From the NCBI RefSeq assembly GCF_964355755.1, contig NC_092673.1, positions 18,969,648 through 19,033,647 of the forward strand: 64,000 bases of DNA, given 5' to 3'. Each line of letters opens with the position of its first letter. Position 1 is the stretch's first letter. The notes beneath the pieces were generated by a model. The model did no database searches and was not told where the DNA came from. It saw only the letters and a list, made by a program, of their open reading frames with translations. Made by a program: the position numbers and the translations under genes. This document shows positions 12,254-25,996 of this stretch, piece after piece. Origin of the DNA: Antedon mediterranea. Taxonomy: Eukaryota; Animalia; Echinodermata.

Positions 12254-13926
12254 TAATTAATTAAATTTCAGTATATCACCGGGCGGTTTAGAATTAATGT
12301 TCTTTGCCTGATTTGTTTATATATATATAGATAGATATAACTCTATTATGGTACATTAAAATGGCATATTCAACAACAAAAAATGTAAGAATCCTTAAAC
12401 TATTATTGATAATGTAATGTTGCTTGTTTATTATCTAACATTTTGAAGCAAAGAGTTCCATAAAAAGAAATTAAGTAAATGTAACAAATTCGGCCTCTAT
12501 TTTCAAGGAGATGTACATTTTTGGAGGCACAAATAAACAAAAAGTTAATTCAGACATTCAAAATTAGAAACCTCTTTAAGTGCTTTAATAATTTTCATAA
12601 TTTATGACTGTTTCACAGGGCAAAGAATGGACAGAATTAAAGCGAAAATGTAAGGTGTATTTCTAATGTCTAAAATAAAATTTTTGTTTTTGTTGACTCA
12701 AAACAACACCTAATACATTTTGAAAGGTCGTATCCCACATATTTAAAAATAATTTTAAACAACAACAAATGAGGATGAATTTAAATTTAACATGAACCCT
12801 TTTATGTATATTATATTCCTAAGTAAGTAAGTTTTTATTACTGTATTAATTAAACATATAGAAGGAAATTATAAGAAAAAACACACCGCCCTTCCTGAAA
12901 AAAAAATTGAATTGAATTGACAAATTGCATAGAAAACACACTTGTTCATCCCTGATAAAAGTAACATTTAAGCATTTCTTTATATTTTTTTATATAGATT
13001 GCTTGAGCCATGGTGTACTGTCAGTCATTATGTGATGCATTTTTAACATTTTTTTATGATTCATTGAATTCAAAGAATTTAATACATGTAAAGCAAATAA
13101 ACCTGATTTTTGTGTTGAGTTGGTGTTTCCTTTTTAACTCTCAATAACCTTTTAATAATAAATAAAAAATAAATTTTAAAAACAATTCGTAGTTGAAGAT
13201 TCAAATAATCCTCTGATCACATGATGGCACTGAATGGTCAATTTACTCAATGAAAATAGGGATGGCCAGAAATACAGAACAGAATATAATCTTGCAGCCT
13301 GCTGGAAATAATGCTGTCAAAGGAATCGTGTTTTTAAAAATGTTGAAACCACTATTTTATCCATTTTTTTATTTTTTTCTATTTCATTTGTCTTCTAGTT
13401 GTGTTAATGTTGAAATTACTATTACAGTATAATTATTATTATTATTATTATGTATGTATTTTAATACGTAAAAGCATAATAATTTTAAAACATTAATTAA
13501 AATGTTAATTAAAACATGTTAATTTTAACATAGAGATCTCTATGATTTTCAGTATGGTACTTTGTCTTTATTTTAATTAGTTCCTCTATCATAATAATAA
13601 TAAATTATCAATTTCTTTCATAATTCTTTTTTATGTTAAACTTGTTAGACTGTCCACATCATTTACAAACAAGAATTTAGAAACACCATGAGGGAGTTTT
13701 TTGTTATCGTTCTGTTTCCTGGATATCCTGGTTTATATGTAAACATTGGTACATAAATATTTTAGAATTTTATTTTGTAATTGTACTCTAATTTGCAACA
13801 AAAAAGTGGTACAAATCTCAATGTGTTGTTAATGTGCAATGGCTTTAAACTGTCGTAGTAAGGTCAAAACCTAAATGCAATTAAGCACAATCTGTTTAGT
13901 CTACCTACAACAATAAGCTTATAATT

Positions 13927-16900
13927 ATGTATGCCTGCAAACCATTCAGCTTCTGGAACTATGTCATGGTTGTATGCCTGAAAACCATTCAGCTTCTTCA
14001 ACTATGTCATGGTTGTATGCCTGCAAACCATTCAGCTTCTGAAACTATGTCATGGTTGTATTGCCTACACACCAGCTTCTGCAACTATGTCATGGTTGTA
14101 TGCCTACAAACCATTCACCTTCTGCAACTATGTCATGGTTGTATATGCCTGCAAACCATTCAGCTTCTGGAACTATGTCATGGTTGTATTGCCTACAAAC
14201 CATTCAGCTTCTGCAACTATGTCATGGTTGTATGCCTAAAAACCATTCAGCTTTTGCAACTATGTCATGGTTGTATGCCTACAATCCATTCAGCTTCTGC
14301 AACTATGTCATGGTTGTATGCCTACAATCCATTCAGCTTCTGTAACTATGTGATGGTTGTATGCCTACAAACCATTCAGCTTCTGCAACTATGTCATGGT
14401 TGTATGCCTAGAATCCATTCAGCTTCTGTAACTATGTCATGGTTGTATGCCTACAAACCATTCAGCTTCTGCAACTATGTCATGGTTGTATGCCTACAAT
14501 CCATTCAGCTTCTGTAACTATGTCATGGTTGTATGCCTGCAAACCATTCAGCTTCTGCAACTATGTCATGGTTGTATGCCTACAAACCATTCAGCTTCTG
14601 TAACTATGTCATGGTTGTAATGCCTGCAAACCATTCAGCTTCTGCAACTATGTCATGGTTGTATGCCTACACACCATTCAGCTTCTGCAACTATGTCATG
14701 GTTGTAATGCCTGCAAACCATTCAGCTTCTGGAACTATGTCATGGTTGTATTGCCTACACACCAGCTTCTGCAACTATGTCATGGTTGTATGCCTACAAA
14801 CCATTCAGCTTCTGCAACTATGTCATGGTTGTAATGCCTGCAAACCATTCAGCTTCTGCAACTATGTCATGGTTGTATGCCTACAATCCATTCAGCTTCT
14901 GCAAATATGTCATGGTTGTATGCCTACAAACCATTCAGCTTCTGCAACTATGTCATGGTTGTATGCCTACAAACCATTCAGCTTCTGCAACTATGTCATG
15001 GTTGTATGCCTACAATCCATTCAGCTTCTACAACTATGTCATGGTTGTATGCCTACAATCCATTCAGCTTCTGTAACTATGTCATGGTTGTATGCCTGCA
15101 AACCATTCAGCTTCTACAACTATGTCATGGTTGTATGCCTACAAACCATTCAGCTTCTTTAACTATGTCATGGTTGTAATGCCTGCAAACCATTCAGCTT
15201 CTGCAACTATGTCATGGTTGTATGCCTACACACCATTCAGCTTCTGCAACTATGTCATGGTTGTAATGCCTGCAAACCATTCAGCTTCTGGAACTATGTC
15301 ATGGTTGTATTGCCTACACACCAGCTTCTGCAACTATGTCATGGTTGTATGCCTACAAACCATTCAGCTTCTGCAACTATGTCATGGTTGTAATGCCTGC
15401 AAACCATTCAGCTTCTGGAACTATGTCATGGTTGTATTGCCTACAAACCATTCAGCTTCTGCAACTATGTCATGGTTGTATGCCTAAAAACCATTCAGCT
15501 TTTGCAACTATGTCATGGTTGTATGCCTGCAAACCATTCAGCTTCTGTAACTATGTCATGGTTGTATGCCTGCAAACCATTCAGCTTCTGCAACTATGTC
15601 ATGGTTGTATGCCTACAAACCATTCAGCTTCTGCAACTATGTCATGGTTGTATGCCTACAATCCATTCAGCTTCTGTAACTATGTCATGGTTGTATGCCT
15701 ACAAACCATTCAGCTTCTGCAACTATGTCATGGTTGTATGCCTACAATCCATTCAGCTTCTGTAACTATGTCATGGTTGTATGTCTACAAACCATTCAGC
15801 TTCTGCAACTATGTCATGGTTGTATGCCTACAATCCAATTCAATTTCAATTCAATTCATCGACATTTTTATTCCATAATCAAAATAAAAACATATACAAA
15901 TACAATACAAATAATAAGATAATGGAATGGGATACAAAATAAGCACAAGTGCTTTAAGCATGTAACCCTAACAAAAAGATCAAACAATTAGTACAAACAA
16001 AAAGAACAAACCAAAATAACATAATGTGATTTACTTAACTTAAATATTTCTGTTGTTATAATATTGCTTTAATCTCTGTTTAAACAAACTTAAAGTGGGG
16101 GATTGTTTTATATAGTCTGTTAAATTGTTCCAAATATGTGTTCCTTGGTAGGAAATACATTGCTGTCCGACTTTGGTGCGTTTTAGTTGTGGACAGTAGT
16201 TTGACCTGTTTCTAGTTGAGTAATTATGGAATGAGGCAGATGTACTAAATAAGTTATTAAATGATTCAGGTAATAGATTATGTTTATATTGATACATAAA
16301 TATAGCAGTGTGTTTCGTATAAAGGTCAAAAATATTTAATGTTTGGGTTGAAATAAAAAGTGGATGAGAAGGATGCATAAAATGAACATGACAAATATTT
16401 CTAAGTGCTTTTTTCTGGAGAATATGTATACGGTTTAAGTTTGTAGCAGAAGTAGCACCCCATACTGTGATAGCATACGTTATTCTAGGTAATATAAGTG
16501 CATTGTATACCGTTAACAAGATTTTACTTGATAACATAGACTTCACTTTGTTTAAGACACCAATTATTCTAGAAATACTGTTTGCTACCTCATTTACATG
16601 AAAATTAAACGATAAAGTTTCATCCAGAAATAAGCCTAGAAATTTAACTTCAGTAGCTTTTACTATACATTCATTTCCCATCCTCAATTCTAGTGAGGTA
16701 GTGTCAGCTGACTTATTTCTAGCCTTAAATATAACATATTTTGATTTGTTTACATTTAGCGTTAATTTGTTAGCAATAAACCAGTCCGAAAGTATAGATA
16801 ACTCCTGGTTCATTGTATCAAAAGCTTGAGTAATATCATTGTGACTATAAAACACATTTGTGTCATCTGCATACATAATCATGTCTACATGGTTACATGC

Positions 16901-17692
16901 TAGACTAATATCATTAATGAATATAAGAAATAATAATGGACCCAATATGGATCCCTGAGGAACTCCAGTGTTTACTGTCATTTTACTAGATGCAGTATTA
17001 ACAATAAATGTGTATTGTAGTCTTTTTTTAAGATAGTTTGAGAACCAGTTTAGCGTAACTCCTCTTATACCATAAAATCTTAACTTATCTAATAATACAT
17101 CATCCATTCAGCTTCTGTAACTATGTCATGGTTGTATGCCTACAAACCATTCAGCTTCTGCAACTATGTCATGGTTCTATGCCTACAATCCATTCAGCTT
17201 CTGTAACTATGTCATGGTTGTATGCCTGCAAACCATTCAGCTTCTGCAACTATGTCATGGTTGTATGCCTACAAACCATTCAGCTTTTGTAACTATGTCA
17301 TGGTTGTAATGCCTGAAAACCATTCAGCTTCTGCAACTATGTCATGGTTGTATGCCTACACACCATTCAGCTTCTGCAACTATGTCATGGTTGTAATGCC
17401 TGCAAACCATTCAGCTTCTGGAACTATGTCATGGTTGTATTGCCTACACACCAGCTTCTGCAACTATGTCATGGTTGTATGCCTACAATCCATTCAGCTT
17501 CTGTAACTATGTCATGGTTGTATGCCTACAAACCATTCAGCTTCTGCAACTATGTCATGGTTGTATGCCTACAAACCATTCAGCTTTTGCAACTATGTCA
17601 TGGTTGTATGCCTAGAATCCATTCAGCTTCTGCAACTATGTCATGGTTAATGCCTGCAAGCCATTCAGCTTCTGCAACTATGTCATAGTTGT
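13927..17692. repeat. 43-bp satellite (tatgcctacaaaccattcagcttctgcaactatgtcatggttg) interrupted by a LINE
   Basis: Dozens of tandem copies on both sides of 15838-17101; accounts for all ORFs in 13927-15922 and 17222-17688. Confidence 0.97.
15838..17101 (-). mobile_element. 5'-truncated CR1/L2-group LINE (RT C-terminus, (TTGAA)n-type tail)
   Basis: ORF 16040-17107 with GVPQGSILGP, YADD, FLG; tail caattcaatttcaattcaattc; candidate TSD atcca at 15833-15837 and 17102-17106. Confidence 0.92.
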
Positions 17693-18186
17693 AATACTTG
17701 TGAAGGTTATTGGTATGTAGGTTTCTTCTTCAGGAGGCCTACTTGTTGGCTCTTGTGAATATATAACAGTTGGTCTCAATAGAATCGCTCATTTGTCTAA
17801 AATAATGCTTATTACTGCCTGGCAACACACAGATGTGCGGCAAACTCAACTTTGTCAAAATCGATTGATCGATGATAGTGATTACAATTTTTTAGTGTAA
17901 AAGGCCAATTGCGTCTTTAATGTTCCACTGAAAAATATCCGGAAATGCTATTTCTGCTGGGTTAGGAAAGAACATTTTCTGAAAAACAAAAATAGCGACT
18001 ACACAACTATCAGATGTTACTGAGCGTATGCAGAGTTTTTTTTTACTCAATAGTTGCTAATGTTTAAGCAACAAAAATAATAAATATTGTATATCATAAT
18101 ATTTTTAAATTTTTTAAATCATTTGAATCAACATTTATCTAATAAGAATAAAACTACATGATTCAAATAGTAAACAGGGAGTGCGA

Positions 18187-18303
18187 TTTTTAGTAGCGTG
18201 GACGCGACTTTATAGTTCACTATGTCAGTCGGTCTGTCGGTCTGTCTGTCGGTCCGGTATCACTATGCGTTTTAGCACGCGACTTATGGCTGTTGGCCTT
18301 GTT
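18187..18303 (+). mobile_element. Short Helentron-associated (HINE/DINE-like) element
   Basis: Starts in a T run; 5' palindrome agtagcgtggacgcgact, internal (GTCT/GTCG) microsatellite, repeated acgcgact, 3' hairpin ggc..gcc followed by ttgttt. Confidence 0.6.
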
Positions 18304-18960
18304 TGTTATGTTACATTGTTAGTTTTTGCCAACTCATTTTATTGAGTTTTCAAACAGCAGAAAGTCACATGATGGTGTGTGTTGGCCTAGTGTATGTTTA
18401 CTTGAATTTTATTCACATGTTTTTACACACCTACAATAAATTATCAATTCATCATAATATTTAAAACCATAATAACATTTTCTATTAAATAGGCTAGTAT
18501 GCTAGATTGATTATTATGAAAGTCCTGTGACACGCAGAACGCAGTCAAATGTGTGTTTGTAATTTGCATAACAATAAACATCTTCATTACACAGTTTGCA
18601 TAGAGATGCGCAATTATATTACTACAGTATACCAGATAGAGTCAAGACATACATAGCCTACTAGGGTAATTTTATGGAGCAGTAATTTTGTTTTAGATTC
18701 AGTTGTAGCGTGAGTTATATCTATCATTATTTTATACTACAGTAATTTTATTTAATATAGACTGTTTTCTGTAATCAGAAATAGCCAGTAGTCCTAGATA
18801 GCCAGTAAACAATGCTATACTGGTTTAGCATAGAATATCAATATCAATATCAAACATTTTAGAAATATTGTCCAATTAAAACTAAAAAATTGTAATTAAT
18901 ATTCAATTGCATAAATGCAAATATAGTTTATTTTAAAAAGTGAAATAATGGAGCAAATTG

Positions 18961-19153
18961 CAGGCCGTAGTAGGCAGGCGGGTGGGGATTATGGTTTGGA
19001 TGAACCCCTTTGTCTGCAAACCCTCATTTCACTGCAAACCCCTTCCCCACTAGCCCCCTATCTGAATTTGAAGTTTTCTCCGCATTTTCTCCTTCTTGGA
19101 CTACCTAATGCCTGTGGTGCACCCTAACCCTGTGTTGCTCCCTTATGGGCCTG
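18961..19153. mobile_element. Possible decayed GC-rich MITE with CAGGCC...GGCCTG termini (hAT-like ends)
   Basis: caggccgtag at 18961, tatgggcctg at 19144-19153; aattg on both flanks; no 8-bp TSD. Confidence 0.35.
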
Positions 19154-22100
19154 AATTGTAGTTTTAGTGGTTACATTCATACTTGGACAATGACTATAGT
19201 AACTATCTGTTGAAATTTCATGTTTAACTAAATTTGTTTATACCAACCTTTCATTTCAAAAGAAATACTATAATATAAACTGTGACATTTCTGGTTTATT
19301 TAAACATTTTAAGACACTGAAAATTATGTATGTGTGTGTACAAATGTTATAAAAATTATAGGATTATTAGGGAATGAGTAAAATTTCCCCTGGATATATA
19401 ATAATATGTAAAATTTGCTAACCAAGTATTGATTTTGTGTGTATTGTTCACCATCATGTAACATTTGCTTTTGTAACCCATATTAATATTATAATATGTA
19501 TTGTGCATGTGAGGTTCAAGGTCTTAGAAAGCATCTATAGACATGAAAAAATCAATAATGCATCATAAATTTTAAAGAAATTTAATTTAAACTAAGCTTA
19601 TACAGAGACAAATAGTAATACAGCTTGTTGTTGTATTATAATAGTGAAAACAAAATAATTTATTGAAAAAAATGTTGGTATTAAATGTATATAGGTAAAA
19701 TGTAATTTAATTTGTTTTATTTCTTTTGTTGACAATTCTTTTGTTCTCTCTTATTTTAAACATTGACAACAGTTTGTACTGAACATTTTTCATAATTCGT
19801 TGTTTTTTTATTATACACAATGGCACTGTAAATAGAATGGATACTCATGGTTACCTCCACATGGAGATTTTTTGTACCTCAATGGGATACTGATGTTTAT
19901 CACCATGTATTTTGCTTTTTGCATAGCTGAATTATGCAAGGAGTCCAATCCTCTGTTAAATTGTTTTCCCAATTACTGGCTGCTGTTTAGATGCTGTGAT
20001 ATACTGTTATGAAAACAGCGACATGTGAATGAACAAGTTTTTTAATAAATTATTTGATTTGATTATATAGCCCAACCTTGCAAATATTCTGGCCAGGATT
20101 GTTGAAGCAAATTCAAAATAGAATATTTCATTGGTTGATTTAACTTGTACATAAAATAATCAGGCCTTTTTCAATTTGTATTTTTTTTTTTATATTTTTC
20201 TTATCGTGATTATATTGTATATATTTTTATTAATTTTGGGAATTGTGAAATGCTTGCACTTCATATTGTTTGTTTATGCTTTTTGTCCATAGTGTTTTTT
20301 TTTGTATCTTAAAGACAACTTTCCTCTTATTAAAATACTTAATACTTTTATGCGACAATAGGAAATATAGTCACACAGAACGGTTTATTTCAGTTTACTT
20401 TTTTTTTAACGTCGGAGCTTCCAGGATCTGGCACTTCAACCTCTAAAGGGCTGCGAAGTGACTTGACAATATATAGCTTAATTGAAATTTTCTTATTTTA
20501 AAGCAATAGTTAGTTTACAATAATCATTGAAGTCTGATGAATGTAACATTTGTATGTATTCTATATTATATTACTGTGCTATTCATCCTCGGAACAGGTC
20601 CTCTACGGACCTACCGCAGGGTGCAGCCTAGTGCAGTCAATCTGTAAAGTATTTTTGGGTTGGTTTGTACATTTGTATTCAACAATTTCAATTTTCAGCT
20701 CACCTCACCCGCTTAATGTATGTATGTATACATAATGTAAACGTACAACCATTGAGGAAAAATTCATCCATGGTACTGTACAACAAAAATCGATGTACAG
20801 CCTTTTTCATTATTAATCAACATATAATTACTAGATGTAATGTAAAATCTTTATTTTTCAAGAATAGTACTGTACGTAGGTGCTGTATTATAGCTACTGT
20901 CAGATATTCTACGTGTGGCCATACAGTATAGCTAAATCTGAATTCAGTATTAGTATTAGTAATTTTGTTTTTATTTACATTTATTCATTGTGCCTTTAAA
21001 TTTTTTTTAGCAACAAAAATAAAAATATAAAAGTTTAATTTATTTGAATTGGCATAAATTATAACAAAAAACAAACAAAATTAGTGTTTCTATACTCACA
21101 ATGTATGTGTCTGTCACAAAATATATATAACTATGAAATTATGAATTTTGTATCTAGTTATAACCAATAATAACATTTTATATACTGTAGCTTATAAAAT
21201 ACGAATGGAGGTTTTAAAAAATGCTTATAAATTAGTATTAATTGACCAAAATTCATACTATAACCCAATACATACCTGCATAACTATATATCAAAATAAA
21301 GATAATTTAATAAGATATCATTTGATACTAAATAAAATGAGGTACATTTAAAATTTACAACGTTATTAAAACAATAACAGGCGTATCTCTAATTTGACAC
21401 CAAATGACCTTTGACCTCAAAATTACCCCCTTTCCCCAGCTCAAAATTCATGGAGGATTTTTTGGGATGACTTGGGAAAATCCACTGAAAAACCTTTGTT
21501 AATAATTATTTCACAGATTTGCATTTTTTTGACCTAAAATTCCCTAACTATTTTTATGTACAGTACTTTCTTTCAGTTTACAAAATAACATGCATTGTAA
21601 TTAATATTGTAGCTTTTTGTTCAGTTAAAGATACATAATTAATAGTAGTACCATGTAGTTAGGTATGGTAGTACAGCATATTTATAGACATTTATATTCT
21701 TGTAGTTCATATGTTCCTTTTTGTCATTTACTGTAACCGTAAGACTTTGTTTTTTTTTTTGTGATGTATTGAAATGTTAAACTTCAAACTTCGAATTGCA
21801 ATAAAGAAACATTGAATCGAATACAATATAAGGTAAATTAAACACACAAAGTCATGATACTTTGTGGTATTGGGCCAGCTAAGTCACTGTGTACTAGATC
21901 TAATGGAATGCGCGGGCATCAGCCTGTCTATTCCTAGTTTTTACCATCTTTCCTAACATACAAACTTCACAATTTATGTTAGTACTCACGTCACCTTCGA
22001 TTTTCATCCCTCCTACAACATTTTGTAATTTTATAATATCATCTTTGTTACAATGGCCAAGAATATTGTGCCATTCATGTATTTCACGTGCAACACTTAT

Positions 22101-22756
22101 TACAGTACTATTGTTAACATTACAAGTGTTCATGTAATATAGTTGACCTTCCATTGTGATGTTGAATCTGGTTCCATCCCTATGAAACAATTCCGCTGTC
22201 GTTGGCTTGAAATTCACTGTTGCCCCATTTTTGGTTGCAGATCGTACCGATAGTGTAGGATGGTACACACAGTGCATTCCGTAAAATTGTTTCGCAGATT
22301 CTACCTTGATCATCAATGAGATAAATCTTCGCATCTCCTCGTTTCGTTGCAATGTTAGAATATTTCTTGCCATCTGCCAATTCCATTGTATGTGCTTCCG
22401 GTTTGAAGCCTTTTTAAAACTTGATGGAACTTTGATTCATCTATAATAATGTGTGATGACGCACCTGTATCCACTAACAGTCCATGCTTATTAATATCGG
22501 TGATGGTTGGTTCATTCATTTTGAATGCGAACGTGTGGTTCTCATCATCACTTGTATCATTTGTCGATTTTGCATAATCGTTCTTCCTTTTACATTCGTA
22601 TTGCGTATTGTGTGTTGACGTTTTACATGTCTACACCATCGCTGTGAGTTAGTTTGTTTGTTTCTGTAACAGTCTTTTGCTTTATGTCCAGGCTTTTTAC
22701 ATTCGTAGCAGATTAGTTGTTTAATTGGATAAGTTTTCATGACGGAGTCGTTAACA

Positions 22757-25419
22757 TAGTCATAGTCATAGTCATATATACTTTATTGTCCATTTAAAAA
22801 ACAGAAATGTGATTTGAAAACTGGCAAAATACAAAAATATAAAATACAATTTACAAAAACACACACAAAAAGTTAAGAGGCTAAAAATTGTTAAAATTAG
22901 ATAAAAATTATCGGTTACAATTACATTTTACCTTTGTACTCTGGAGTTATATAAGTGTATAGCATTAGGTACAAACGAGCACCTAAACCGTTTTGTTTTG
23001 GTATTAAGTGCACGTAGTCTTATGCCAGAATTCATGAGAGCAAATTGTTTGTGAAGAGGATGTGTTTCATCATCAATGATACTTTTTACTTTTTTTAACA
23101 CATTTTCTTTATACAAGGATTCAACATCAGGTAAGTGCTCTCCTACTAGTCTAATTGCTCTATTTCCTATTCGATTAAGTTTAATTTTATCTTTTTGCAT
23201 TGTATTACCATAAAAACAAACATTACAAAAAAGTATTACACTGAGAACTACAGAGTTATAAAACAATTTAAGTATAGTTTTGTCAATTTGTAGGTACTTC
23301 ATTTTTCTTAAAATAAACATCCTTTGGTTGGCTTTGCATGTGGCTTTATTTACATTATTTATCCAATTTAGCTTATTGTCAATTATACAACCCAGATATT
23401 TGTACTCATTTACTACTTCAATCTCATTTTCATTTATAATCAGAGGTTCTAAGGGTTCTTTAATTTTCCTAAAATCAATTTGCATTTCTTTTGTTTTCTT
23501 TATGTTTAGTTTCAGGTTGTTATTGCAGCACCAGTGATAAAAATCACATCCTAGTTGTCTATAGCTTGTTTCATCATTGCCAGTAATGTATCCAGTGATG
23601 ACTGTGTCATCTGCATATTTTACTATACAACATTCATTTGAATTGGCTCTGAAACTGCTGGTGAACAGTGAAAACAACATTGGGGAGATAACAGACCCTT
23701 GTGGCGTGCCAATGCTAACAGTTCTTTTATCAGATAAAATACCGTTTAGTTTAACATACTGGAACCTTTTTGTTAAGAAATTATATATCCATGAAGTCAA
23801 TGTGTCGTTTACGTTCATTTCTTTAAGTTTGCGTACTAATGAACCAGGTTCAACGGTATTAAAAGCACTAGAAAAATCTATATACAAACATCTTACATAT
23901 GATTTAGGCACATCTAAATGTTGGTAAATAGTATGTAAGTGGAAGAGCACAGCATCTTCAACACTTCTATTACTCTGATAGGCAAATTGGAGAGGATCGA
24001 GAAACAATTTGGTCTGATCAAGCAACTGCCTAAGTACAATCTTTTCTAGGCACTTACCAACATTGGATGTGATAGCTATTGGCCTATAGTCGTTAAGTTC
24101 CTTGGGATTTTTTATCTTAGGAATAGGTGAGATACAGGCCGTTTTCCATTGATTGGGCACTGTACCACTTGCTAAACTCTCATTAAAAAGTTTGGTATAT
24201 ATCGGTGCCAACTCTTGGTTGCAGTATTTAATAACACGATTTCCAATTCCATCAGGGCCAGTACTTTTACCAGGCTTTACTTTGGCGAATACATTACGCA
24301 CATCAACTACATTTATGACTGCATTGTTTACTAATGAAGTCTCATTTTCGCGGATTTCTGTGTCTTCATTTTCATTTTTGGTAACTAATATCTCGGATTC
24401 AAAACGACAGAAAAAGTTGTTTAAGTCATTAGCGAAGTTCTCACTTCCATGTACACGCAATATGGTTTCTTTGTAGCCGGTTAGTGTTTTAATTGCTTTC
24501 CATGCTGCTTTAGGATTTTTGTCTTTAAATTTATTTTCTAGTGTTTTTTTGTATTTCAGTTTACTATTTTTTATACACTTGTTTATTTCCTTTTGAATTT
24601 CCTTGACTTTAGGAGTATCTTTTCCTCTATGCGCTATACGCTTATCTTGTAACAGTTTCCTTAGTTGGTTAGAGATCCATGGTTTTTCATTTGCATATAT
24701 CTTTTTTGTTACTTTAGGTATAACCATATCAACACAAAAGGATATGTATGCTGAGATTGTAGATACCCTTACATCAAGAGTATCATCAACATCGAGCATA
24801 ATATCCCAATCAGTACATGCTAGACAGCCACGCAACTTTTCAACCACCTCTGTACTCCACAACTGCTGTTGTATAACTACTGGTTTTGACTGTTTTAATT
24901 TTGTCTTGTATTTTGGCATAATATGTATATTGTTATGATCAGAATTTCCAAGTTTTGAACAGATTTTGCTTGTATATGCATTTTTCACATTGCAGTAGCA
25001 TAAGTCCAGTGTAGCACTGCCTCTTGTTTCTACAGAGATTGCTTGTTCATAAGTAGGTAGCACATCCTTCAAAGTGCATTTGTTGAAGTCTCCTAGAATT
25101 ATTTGTGGAGCGTCCGGTGCCATTGTTTCATACCGGTGAACAGTACTGGAAATAGTCTCACTCGCATTATCAATATTTGCATTTGGGTGTATGTAGCACA
25201 CTGTAAGAAAAATTTGAGAAAATTCTCGTGGTAGATAGAAGGGTCTTGCACTTATGGTCAGTAATTCTATATCCGGCGTACAGAGTTGTTCACGTATCCT
25301 CCAGTTACTACACCATGCTTTATTTATATAAAAGCATACTCCTCCTCCTCGTTTTTTCCCAGACTCTACAGTTCTATCCGCTCTAGCTAATTCAAAATTA
25401 CTTAGTACTAATTCGCTGT
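22757..25419 (-). mobile_element. Rex1/Babar-like LINE, 5'-truncated within the endonuclease, uninterrupted APE-RT frame, (TATGAC)n tail
   Basis: ORF 22928-25201 extends upstream through RGGGVC and RPFYLPREF; motifs GDFN, SDH, LDPLQFAY, IDFSSAFNT, GTPQG, KYADD; AATAAA then atagtc repeats at 22757-22787. Confidence 0.9.
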
Positions 25420-25982
25420 AAATAATATTATTATATTAACGTTGGTACTTACCATTTTGCTGGCCTTTAAATTCTCTTCATAATTTTTGAGAGAGGTCTT
25501 AAATTCTGATAATGTTGGCTGATTTTTCTGTGTTTAGCGTATTATACTCTTCTGGTAGTCCTTTCAGTACCATTGACATTAGCAGTGAGTCACTGACAAC
25601 TTCCCCTGCTGTTTTTAACGACACTCCAATCGTTTCTGCTCGAATTACATAATCGGTGGTAGTCTCAATTGCTTTCATCTTCAAAGAACCTAATTGTGAG
25701 TACATTGTTATTACTCTTGGTTTTCCTCTACCTAGGTAATGTTCACGAAGGATCGTTAGCGCTTTACGCCCATCATCTTTAGCATCACGAATAATCAGTG
25801 ATAGCGACCTGTCATCTAGACATTGAACAAGCTCCGCAAAAGCATTTGCATTCTTGTTTGCATCAGGAGGATATTCGTCTCCTGGATTTATTACACCATG
25901 CAACTTCTGTAGACGCATATATCCTAAAAACTTAACTTCCCAGAGTTCATACTGGGACTCATCGCCGTTGAATAATATTCTT

Positions 25983-25996
25983 CTGGGCCCATAACC
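25983..25996 (-). promoter_or_regulatory. Copia-type primer binding site GGTTATGGGCCCAG (internal tRNAi-Met type), directly after the LTR ...AACA end
   Basis: Minus strand aaca-ggttatgggcccag; this is the PBS class known from Drosophila copia. Confidence 0.75.

Noticed and set aside
12619-12654. Possible small exon (tttcacAG...aagGTGTAT)
   Set aside because: Splice-like signals only; cannot be linked to either gene without transcript data
13927-17688. Many overlapping Cys/Met-rich ORFs
   Set aside because: Translations of the 43-bp satellite in rotating frames; no protein signal
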